Positions 26,426 to 37,103 of a DNA stretch of 64,000 nucleotides are shown one piece after another. Positions within the stretch are counted from its first letter, which is position 1. Each line of letters begins with the position of its first letter. The notes below the pieces were generated by a model. The model saw nothing but the letters and a program-made list of their open reading frames with translations, was not told the DNA's origin and did no database searches. The stretch lies in assembly GCA_032718475.1 (NCBI GenBank), contig JAUCBJ010000145.1, forward strand, positions 1 through 64,000, read 5' to 3'. Origin of the DNA: Nemertoderma westbladi. Its lineage: Eukaryota; Animalia; Xenacoelomorpha. A program made the translations under genes and the position numbers.

Positions 26426-26505
26426 CAGTTAGAATTCTGATCGGAATGGTCCATTTGTTGCGGGCAACTCGTTTTTGTTACATAACCATTGGCAGTCTTC
26501 GAGCC
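26426..26505 (-). CDS. Upstream exon of the same gene (GSKTANGYVTKTSCPQQMDHSDQNSN); start codon not located
   Basis: TTTTAG acceptor, GTAAGA donor, 80 bp; the terminal TG joins the G of the next exon to give Trp. Confidence 0.65.
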
Positions 26506-27307
26506 CTAAAAGAAGAAATCAAGTTAATATGTTGAATGTTAATGCAGCATAATGAAATAATATGGACGTAGGCATTTTACTAAGGCTGTAAGGTAAGATC
26601 ACAAGACGAATTGATGATTCAAAATAGTGGACATTTCATAATATAAATTGTCTACCGGTACCTTACTACCGTAACGTTCGCAGGCTGTTAACGCTAGGTT
26701 AGTCAGTTATTTATAGTAAATGAAGAAAAAATCTGCCTCTGATACACCTGATAGTATATAGTAGTATACGCCTATTTAAAATCGTATACGTAAATTGCAA
26801 ATAAATAGCAAATGTAATGTTAAAAAGGAACAAAGACAACACGGGGCGAGGCGAGGAAGGGGTTAAACGTTTCCACGTATGTCGTACGTATCCACGTATG
26901 TGCAGTGCATATGTACGTTTCAACGTATCCACGTACGTATCTCAGTATCTATACATTACATTGAGCGATTTGACATACCGGTACTGACATACATGTGCAT
27001 ACACGTAGGCGAATACGGTACAGTTTTCTGATTCGTCCAGATGATATACGAGAGAAATGTCATGCAAAATGCTTAGACCTAAGTAAATAGACCTAAATAA
27101 AACGGTAACCTGTTCTAATGACTTTTATTTATTGTTTATTATTTATTGTTTTGGTTTAAAAAAGAGAAAACAACGTGCCACTGCCACTGTACAGCTGTAG
27201 CGTGCTCGTGCTCCTTTCCGCAAACTGCCAAATTGAATTTATAGGCCTACCTGTTATAACATTTAGCAGTTTTTACCGTACAGCCGTACCGGTAGGCCGT
27301 AGGCGAG

Positions 27308-27925
27308 GGGTGACAGACCGAACGTAATCAGGATCGAATGTAACATAGTTTTTACGAATCGAACGTAACCTCAATTATGTTACATTGGATCCTATAACTG
27401 TATAACTATGTTACATTCGATCTACAAATTACTAAGCTCGAATGTAACATACATTTATTTCAGTTGTGTTTTGATTTCAGGAGTTAACCGATGAAATGCT
27501 TCGTATAACTGTATAATTACAGGAAGAAACAGTTTGGTGTTGGTGAGTACAAAACAAAGACCCAATTAAGAAACCTGCATAATCTTGTAACATGTGTTAA
27601 CTTTCGTTTATTGTTTTGGTTCCCCCAACATGCCTCTGTAACCTGCTCCTTTCAGCCTGTAAATAAAAGTAACCTGCATACTCTTGTAACATATGTGTTA
27701 ACTTTCGTTTATTGTTTTGGTACCCCCTACACGCCTCTGTAACCTGCTCCTTTAAATCTGTAAATGACAATGTTACATTCGAGCTTAGTAATTTGTAGAT
27801 CGAATGTAACATAGTTATAGGATCCAATGTAATGTAACATAATTGCGGTTACGTTCGATACGTAATAACTACTGAACTATGTTACATTCGGTCCTGATTA
27901 CGTTCGGCTGTTCGGTCATGTATCC
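27308..27925. mobile_element. Mutator-like MITE
   Basis: ~140-bp TIRs starting GGGTGACAGACCGAACGTAATCAGGA; 9-bp TSD GTAGGCGAG at 27299-27307 and 27926-27934. Second copy at 57217. Confidence 0.88.
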
Positions 27926-28752
27926 GTAGGCGAGATATTAATTCGCCGGATCTGGCAGTCTGGGGTCAGGGGGTTGGGATTTGCTGATTTCGGGATTTGC
28001 GTTCAGTTTCCTGCTACCGGTACGGTAAATAGGCCTACTGAAATATCCAGACCAACCTGAATTATCATAAGAATATGTGAAAGTGACGCCGAATTTTTCG
28101 ATAAACCCTCATCAACCACAGTCATTGCACGTTACTGGCGCCGTGTTATGCTGTTCTACTGCTGCACCCTGTAGGCTACTCCAACTCCAGTAGGCCTACT
28201 CAGTCACAGTCAGTACAGCCAGACAGCAGTACTGCAGTAGTGTTGTAGTAGAGTAGAGCCTACTGCTGTACTGCAGCTTTGTCTGTTTGTTCGGAGTTCA
28301 GCTGTTCTGGGTTCTAGCAATCTGCTCCTCTGACTGCCTCACTGATGTTGTTCTGTTGTTGGTTGACAAGGTAGGCCTGTTGCCTGTAGGCCTACCTGCC
28401 TGCCGGTGACTGGGTGAGGTGATGTGCTGTCGATGTGCAGTTACGAGTTACTGAGTTAACAACAGGTTAACGGGTTACAGCTTACAGCTATACAGGGTGA
28501 AGCAGTTGTCTTGTCAGTACAGCCTGACAGCATTACTGCATTCACAGACTTCCTGACCTCTGTATATACCTTTAACCATACAGCAGTACAGCCATACGGT
28601 ACAGCATTACTGCAGTACAGCAGTACATAGGTACAGCATAAGTAAAATACTGAAATACAAAATTACTGAAATACCGGTACTGCAGTAGAATAGTACTGTA
28701 GTACAGTAGAACAGTTTCGGACTACATGTAGTTCGACATATTGGGTCATATA

Positions 28753-29698
28753 CAAGGCGTACTATATACAAGGCCATGTCATCGAGTTAACTGGGGGCGG
28801 TGACTGAGGGCAAGATTTTTTTTACAACAATTTTATATTTTGATATGGGGAGAGTTCTACAAATTTTCATTTGCTGCAATTTGGTCAATGGACTTAATTG
28901 AAGCATCCTCGTTAAGTAAGATAGAAAATTTTATGGTAGCTAGTGTTTTAGGTAGGTTTAGCTAGTAATTTCGACACAGGTTCCGTCCGACATCCTACTA
29001 CTTCCTTCCATAAATATTTTGTAGTAGCTATATAGTTCTTGTTACTATTTGTATAGAAAATGTTCCAGAAGATGTTAGCTATTCATTTTTTTTTATTATA
29101 TTCTAGAACAAATATTTTTTGTTCTAGAACATTTTTTAGAAAAATATCAGGATTATATTTAAAACGAATGGAATCGTTCTAAAACGTGTTTAAAATCAAT
29201 AAAAAAATTTTCAACATTTTACTTTTTCACAATATTTTATTTTCACAATTTTTTTTATTGATTTTAAACACATTTTAGAACGATTCCATGCGTTTTAAAT
29301 AGAATCCAGATTTTTGTCTAAAAAATGTTCTAGAACAAAAAATATTTGTTCTAGAACATAATTTAAAAAAAAAATGAATAACTAACATCTTCTGGAACAT
29401 TTTCTATACAAATAGTAACAATAACTAGCTACTACAAAATATTTATAGAAGGAAGTAGGATGTCGGAACGACGGAACCAGTATCGAAATTACTAGCTACA
29501 CCTACCTAAAACACTACAGTAGCTACCATAAAATTTTGTATCCTACTTAACAAGGAGGCTTCAAGTACGTCCATTGATCAAATTGCAGCAAATGAAAATT
29601 TATAGAACTCTCCCAATATCAAATTTTGAAATTGTTGTAAAAAAAATCTCGCCCCCAGTCACCGCCCCATTTAACTCGATGCCATGGCCTACGCCTTG
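28753..29698. mobile_element. Fold-back hAT-like MITE (almost entirely palindromic)
   Basis: CAAGGCGTA...TACGCCTTG ends, ~450-bp arms, TSD GTCATATA/GTCATACA (7 of 8 match). Confidence 0.85.
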
Positions 29699-30253
29699 GT
29701 CATACAATATATCACCAGTTTCACAGTTTTTACATTAACTACGCGTTGGTGCCGTAGGTCCTCTGCAAACTACGCGTAGGTCCTGCGTAAACTACGCGTA
29801 GGTGCTAACCTTAACTATGCGTAGGCCTATATGACGTTTATCATTAGCAGTCCTACATATTCCAAGCGGTTCAGTACTAAAATAAGACAATAGTGTATGG
29901 GCTTCATGCCAGACATTATTAACCAACCAGACCCCATACGGGCAGTTTTGTGTGGAAATATTTAAATTTTCAAGGCAATTTTCTCGGAATGAAATTTTTT
30001 ACGCAAAAAACACTACTGCTCTGTGATTTAACAGTTTTTTTATAATTTTCGCTTCATATGACAGGTATTTAATAAACTTCGACAAATTTCGGGCAGTTTT
30101 TTTTATTTCATAATAATTCCCCGTTCCCAAGTTTTTTTTTGTTTATGCAACCACTTTCGAGTTATTTGAAAAAACGAAAAAACGAAAAAAAAAGTTATTT
30201 GAAAACCGCGCTGCTAACAATTGCATTAAATTTATACAAATTAAATTTAATTT

Positions 30254-30297
30254 AGCGCTACTGATGAGGCCTGATAGGCCGAAACGTACGTAGCGCT
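30254..30297 (+). ncRNA. Type-I hammerhead ribozyme motif, probably a Penelope terminal-repeat remnant; cleavage site appears damaged
   Basis: AGCGCTA-CTGATGA-GGCCT(GAT)AGGCC-GAAAC-GTAC-G-TAGCGCT. Confidence 0.7.
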
Positions 30298-31842
30298 GGT
30301 TCAACCCCCGGTGACGTGCTTTCTCATTTTTTCCATTTCTGAACAAAAACCATATAACGAACCTGTCTTTAGACTGGGTAGTTTTTGTCTAAAGCTGAGG
30401 CCGGCAAAAACATGATGGATGTGTGTATGACATGTACTGTTTAACAACGAAATGGCTTCAAACCACTTGCTTGTATAAAATTGTAAACGCGACTATTCAT
30501 CAATTAGTATCTAGTTGTAGAATAAAAAGTTGGTAACGATTCGATGTGCGATATTCGAAATATTAGCATATCAACATTATGGAACGCTAAATTAAATACC
30601 CACAACTGGAGTTATTTATTTATTTAGTTAGTTATTTATTATTTATCAATTGGAGTTACACATTAATTATATCGTTAATTATTGTTCTATCTCTATTCAG
30701 TCAGTTAGTGTAAATGTCATGCAGTACATCATTTTTATATATCGATGCATCTATAGGGCCTATTGTCATCGTTATATCCATCAATCAGGCTAAGGTCAAT
30801 TGTAATGTAAAGGCTTAGTAGGTTTTGTATATCTGGGACGTTTACAACAGCTGTCGATTAAACTAGCAAACCCAGAAAACTGAACCAGGGTGGCTGCCAG
30901 CCGGGTATCAACGGCTGTTGGGTAGACTTATGAAAGATTTCACAAACTTTCATAGGAGGCTTGTACATGTACATTATATTGGTTGCTCCGATGTTTTTAT
31001 TAGGCTAACTGAGAATGGTGAATTAGGTATAAATAATTCGTGTTCTTTATTTTATTTATCTAATTCAGAAAGACCCCGCCGCAGAATAAACTGCTCTTTG
31101 GGGTCGTTTCCCAGGTTGCGGATATGGATAACATTTCACACATCGCAGTAATTGTGATTATGATTTGTTTGTCTAGTAAGCGACTGTGTATTACATTCGA
31201 TGGGAGGCAGTTTTTTGGTTGATGCAATTCATTCTTGGTTTGCATCTTCCAATCCCATCTGTTTCTTGGGGTCTGTTTAAGACGGGTTCGTATTAGGCCT
31301 ACATCATTATTTACAGTTCCATTACCAGCTCAGTTCCAATTTATTTCAATAATTATACTATGGCCGTTTTCTAAAAGGCTGTGTGTGTGTCGGAAAAGAA
31401 CATATAACTACCTATAGTATACAGTAATTATAATTGTTCGCTAAGATGGCTTGCGCTTGCAGCTTTTGCTGCACGAAACACGAAGACCCCACACGTGTAA
31501 TACTGTAAATACAGTACAGTAGCAATATTAAAGCCCGGGTCACACATGAGCTTCCAACATTCAAATAATTCCGTCCCAGTTCGCACATAAACACTAAACT
31601 TTCAGCTCATAAAAATTATTGGATATATTACTAAAATCTGTTTTGTTTTATAGATTTTACTGTGTAAGTGTTTTTTTTAATTAATTTAAAGTAATAATTT
31701 TTAATATGGATAACTAAATCGATGACGTAATATTAGCATACAGTATACATTACATAGGCAGCGTAATAAACGATGCTATTGGGTTTTTATGGCCGGGAAG
31801 CGATGGATTATTATACTGTAAATTATGTAGGCCCTATTCCAT

Positions 31843-32732
31843 TTCTGCCATGCAATATGAAAAGACCGCAAGTCACAAAAAGTCATTTCTAGTAAAACGC
31901 AAATTATTGTTTGCCTTCAGATTGCTGGTTTAAAATGACGGTAAATTACTAATTTTTTATTACCCTACGCAATTTGGGGTGGGAAATTTTTCATTGTATA
32001 CATTTAATGCATATATTAGCAGCGCGGTTTTTAATTTGTAAATACCTCGAAAGTCCGTGATTTCATTTCCGATGTCAGTTTAATGTTCGGTAGAATCTAA
32101 TCTGTTTTACTATTGGTCAGCTTCTGGCTGGACATACATTTTGACGGTCCGATCGGAAGACATGGAGAGACAGCGATAACTCGAAATTTTATTAGGCGGT
32201 GATTTCAACACCGCCTTCACCTCAGCTACACGATTTCCCCAGAAGTAAATAAATATTTAATTTTAGAGAAATATATATTTTTTATATATTTTTTATATTT
32301 ATTTACTTATACAATACGCAATAAATAATATGAGAACAAAAAAGTCACTTGGTGAAATTTCAATTTTGAATTTCGCGCATTTTCTGCTAATAGTAAAAAC
32401 CGCAAGTCAAAAGACACATATTTCAATAAAACAGTAGGCATCTTTATGTATTTTCTTATTATGCAATGACAAAACACCGTGCAAGTCTTGCGTTTTTTTG
32501 CATAAATTCAAGTAGGCCTAGTTGCGGTCTTTTGTATTGCACTTACGGTCTTTTTCCTTTGTAACACTATACATATGTTGTGACTTACGGCCTTTTTACA
32601 TTGGATATCTCGAGAACTAGAGTCGATACGGTCTTCTCGATTATACCATTAGATAGAGCGCATTTTTAAGACCCAGAAAAAGTGAATTTTGGAAAAATGC
32701 GACATACGGTCATTTTACATTGCACGGCAGAT
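31843..32732. mobile_element. Non-autonomous DNA transposon with imperfect TIRs
   Basis: TCTGCCATGCAATATGAAAAGACCGCA ... TACGGTCATTTTACATTGCACGGCAGA; internal ACCGCAAGTCA repeats. Confidence 0.55.
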
Positions 32733-33097
32733 TTGCTGTGTACTTTTCAGTAGACATGAAGATGACACGTTCGTGGGGCCTTCGCGCAGCACGAGGCCCA
32801 GTTATGAGATACAAATTAAAATTGTGCGACTGTATCACAAAATCAGGTTATGAGAGATTAACCCACACCACCAATTAATCAAAGAAAGGGGGACAGTACG
32901 TGTTCACCCCTTTTAATCTGCACCCCCCCCCCCCCTCCCCCACCCACCAATACATAACCGCGACATCTACCACCCACGGAAGGGTAGCACGAACTTATTT
33001 CCAAACGCACGTTCAATATGCAAAGCCAGGTGGTTTATAGGAATATAATCAATGCAGTACTCGTCTTCATTATAAGCCTCTTTGCGTTCGACCTGTT

Positions 33098-33493
33098 TTA
33101 TATTAAAATATATTTATTAAACGCAGGCTGACGCTCTTTATAATAATAATACCTAGGGATGCCAGCTTCCAGACTTTCAATCTTTACTGCCACGCAAACC
33201 CCGCAGAGGAAGTTTTGGTTTGAGAGATCAAGCCCATCGGCAATTGGTGTTTCAATTTCGGTCCAGGAACTCTGACAATGGGAGCATTCAATCTTAGCTG
33301 TGGTCCATTCCCGTGGTTTCGGCTTCCTTTTCTTCGTCCCAATGACAGATTCTTCTGAAGACGTTCGATTCGCTTTCAGTTTATTGTTGGCGTTTGTGTT
33401 TTGAAGTTGTATTCGAGTGGACAGTCGCGCCGGTTTCGAGGTAACCATACCGACCTGTGATAAGCGTTGGTTTTGTTGAGTGCCGGTATTCAT
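33098..33493 (-). pseudogene. Truncated LINE ORF1-like fragment with a CxxC...CxxC (PHD-like) finger
   Basis: Basic KKRKPKPR followed by CSHC...NFLCGVCVAVKIESLE; breaks into AT-rich DNA at ~33155. Confidence 0.45.
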
Positions 33494-34371
33494 CTTCTTT
33501 CACCTCTTCAATGTCAGATGTTGCAAATACTGATAACACGAATAACGGTATATATTTCAATACTTGTCAATAGTAATATATATAATTTAGATAACTATTT
33601 TATATCTGTACTGTTGAGCAAACTCTACATAAATTTCAACCTGTGTATCGCCGGTAGTGCTGTTGCTGTGCAAGTGCTGAAGTGCTAGTTGCCACCGGTC
33701 ACGCGGTCAGCCGGTACCGGTAGTAGGGTGGTACCATGGCCTACTACACACAGGCCATGACAAGGACTTGCCGTGAAATTAGCGTAGGCTGACTGATGAA
33801 TTATCAAATATTATATTTTCCACGAATGCAGGGTCCATATTTAAAAGAAGATGACTAGATTTTCGTAAAGAATTTAATTGAAACAGTATTTAATAATTAA
33901 TAAATTAATTATCGCTCGAGTTCCTGCAGCTTTTATTCGTTTGTGGCTGCCTCTGGCTATGTTTGTGGCAGGAATGTTTGAACGCTAATAAGTCGGTCAA
34001 TCATGGATGAAATGGAACCAAACTTGGTACTCATGTAGTCTATAAAAAATTTAGAAATTCTACACACAGACAGACTTCTACAGTTCCCCGGTCTGCCGCT
34101 AGGGGGCGAATTAACAGAAACGTAAAAATAGCTGTAATTATAGAACCAACGATCAGATTCATCTGAAATTTAGTAGTAGTTACCTAAGAGCATTGCTTAA
34201 TTAGAAATTCTACAGAGACTTTTACAGTTCCTGTCTGCCGCTAGTGGGGAATTGTTAGAGCTCCAGTTCAACGTGCTTAGCACGGTTTAATAAACAATCA
34301 ATTAATTATTTTATTCAATACAGTAATTATAACAGTAAAATGCAATGTATTCTATTTTTTAGTGAAATCAA

Positions 34372-34886
34372 GAGATAGGAGGGGGGGGGGGGGGGGGGGA
34401 GACTGGACGCAAATCCCATCTTGGCGAATTAATATCCCGCCTCAAGGTTATCGTTCATATGCGTACCTCTGGCAAAAGAAGCAGGTTACAGTGGTGGTGT
34501 TTTCTAACCAAAACAATAAACTAATCTCCATTACTTAATTAACGGAAAGGAGCAGGTTACAGTGGTGGGCTTTTCTAACCAAAACAATAAACAATATCTC
34601 AATAACATAGGGTATTTCATACTTATAGTCTTATTTTTGCAATACGAAAATACCAGAGGTACGCATATGAACTATAACTCGCCTCAATATTAATTTCTCA
34701 ATTTTGGGAAAGGAGCAGGTTACAGTGGCACGTTATTTTAACCAAAACAATAAAGTAAACACAATAGAACAGGTTACAGTTTTATTTTTGAGAGTAATCA
34801 GCTGTTGTTATTTGCGTCCAATTTCCCCTGGAGAGGGATGAATTTTTATTGCGTCCAGTCCCCCCCCCCCCCCCCCCCCCCTATCT
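34372..34886. mobile_element. Mutator-like MITE with poly-G/poly-C in its TIRs
   Basis: AGATAGG(G)nAGACTGGACGCAA / TTGCGTCCAGT(C)nTATCT; 9-bp TSD TGAAATCAA; internal GAGCAGGTTACAG...AACCAAAACAATAAA units. Confidence 0.75.
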
Positions 34887-35008
34887 TGAAATCAAATACC
34901 AAAAATATATTTATTATATGAACAATCTATTTGGAAATTGTAAGTTCGGCCTATATCTTTACCATAAGCTCAGTATCTTTATCTGGTGTGTTTTTATTAT
35001 TTTACCAA

Positions 35009-35638
35009 TTATTTAATATGTTTGATAGAATTGAACAACACCGCCCAACACAACCAACTCTCTATCCGCCTCGAGCATCGAGAATACGAGAAACTCGATC
35101 GAAATACCTGCTTATCCCAGTAGTATCCGTCCGTAGTCACCGGACCGCTGCGGTTTACTCCCGTAGAACAGTAGAATTCCCGCAGCTTCCGACCCAATTC
35201 GACAACGAATTCGCTTCACACTTTCGCGTCACAGAGAACGTAATCCAGTGCGATAACGTCTGCCCAACGTTCAACCATTTCCCCCAGGCGATCCCAGGAT
35301 CCGGGCCGCCGCTAAACCCAGATCGCAATCCTCGTCGATTCGTCCAGTCGTCGACGTATGTCAGTAAGTGGGACTCTTCCCACCGCACTCCAAGGTGGGT
35401 GACCGGAGTGAGGCATGAGGAACTTGGCAGTGGCCCGCATTACGATCTGACTGACCGCCGTATTCCCAGTGTCTGAGTGTAGTAAATACCCAAATAGAAT
35501 CGTACTGACAAACAAGCAATTCCGTAGTATTCCCCCGTTAATCACCTCTTGAAGCAACTCGGCTGCTCGGGTCCAGATACATCGGACTGTCGGGAGCGTT
35601 TCAGACAGTAATGGAGCGGCATTTGCGAATATTTCCAA
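35009..35638 (-). pseudogene. Decayed unidentified ORF in a CpG-rich island
   Basis: ORFs 35312-35638 and 35009-35197 share one frame, broken only by a TAG (35312) and a TGA (~35216). Confidence 0.4.
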
Positions 35639-37103
35639 TGGTTTTATAATAAATAAGGGGATTCAACAGTTCAATGCTAAAACAAATGGATTATTCCTAA
35701 CCCCACCCCAATACAGCAATATACCTAACAGTATATAGCTTTGCAGGATTCTCGATTCAGGGATTGAGTACAGCCTGACAGTACCGGTACACATGGTAGG
35801 CCTACATGCAGAATTGCAAAATTTGTCAGAAAACCCAGCTGATTTATCCTACAGTAATAATAATTTAACGCATTTTAAATTTGGATAAACAAATGTATTA
35901 TAACTGCAATAACAGTTACACTGATGCTGCACGAAGGCCCCACGCAAATTCTACTTGGAAAATTTTCAAACTTTTGCCAAACAACATGTGTACCAAGTTT
36001 GGATAGATTTCATCAAGGATTGGCCGAGTTATTAACGTTTAAAATAAAATACTGAAAAAAAACGCGACAGAACGACAGGTTGATTAATGGTACCACTACG
36101 CTAAGGCTCACTCACTTCGTGGCTCGCCCCACAGTAGTGGGGTGAGCCACGCAGTCAGGGCGAACCTTAGCGCACAATTATAATTAGTAAATAGGGCAAA
36201 ATTTCATGTCTGTCTGTCTGTCTGTAATGGAAAATTAATTCGTAAATAACTTTGGAAGATTTTAACCATTTTCAACCAAATTTTGTATGGGCATACTTTA
36301 TGGAAAGTTACGGGCAAATACTTCTCGAACTTTTGACTCCAGATCAAATCGAACTTCCTCAAGTTCGCGTGCTGCGCGACGCCCCACGAACGTGTTATAT
36401 TCTGTAGGTGCTGTAAATTTATAAACATTACTTATGATTGGCTGCCAATGCTAGAAATGCCAGTTACGGTGTTAACCCTTACCTGCACCTTTGCTCTTTT
36501 TCACTTCATTGGTACTGTTCCAAGGAGAATTTTGACGGATAAACATCCGTCCTGATGCTACCAGGACGGATGGATAATATATTCACCATTGAGTGTGATA
36601 TCAATAATTGTTGGCCCTTTATCAATCATTCAAAGGAAAGTACAACGTTATTCCAGTGCTCTGCATATGAATGCAACATTTCATCGCCTTAAAGAATGAC
36701 TACTCCACACTCTTATCTATCATACTATTATATGATGTAATACATATTCACTCCACCCAACAACAATTAATTAATTATAATTTAAAATTCTAGTTTGCAT
36801 TCTTATTAATATTATATTATATATATTAAATAATAATAATATTCAAATCAGTGAAAATGTGTTTGCAGCAAACGTTCTGCACAGTGCATATCAGTAAAAC
36901 ACGAAAGGTTATAAACAAGTATGCCGCAATAAATATAACGTATAAAATTCTAAGAATATTAAATAATCCATATTGGACCGGATAAAAAAATACTAACGAT
37001 TTTTAGAGTACCACACTATGTAGCAGTACTAACATTAGCTCGGACTGATTCAAGGCAATCAATATATTCAAAAAATCTTCTACCGCTGATGATATCCAAC
37101 AAT

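Noticed and set aside
34931-35476. EndoG/EXOG-like nuclease suggested by YVSKWDSSHRTPRWV
   Set aside because: No RGH catalytic motif follows and the frame soon hits several stops; the opposite strand looks more coding.
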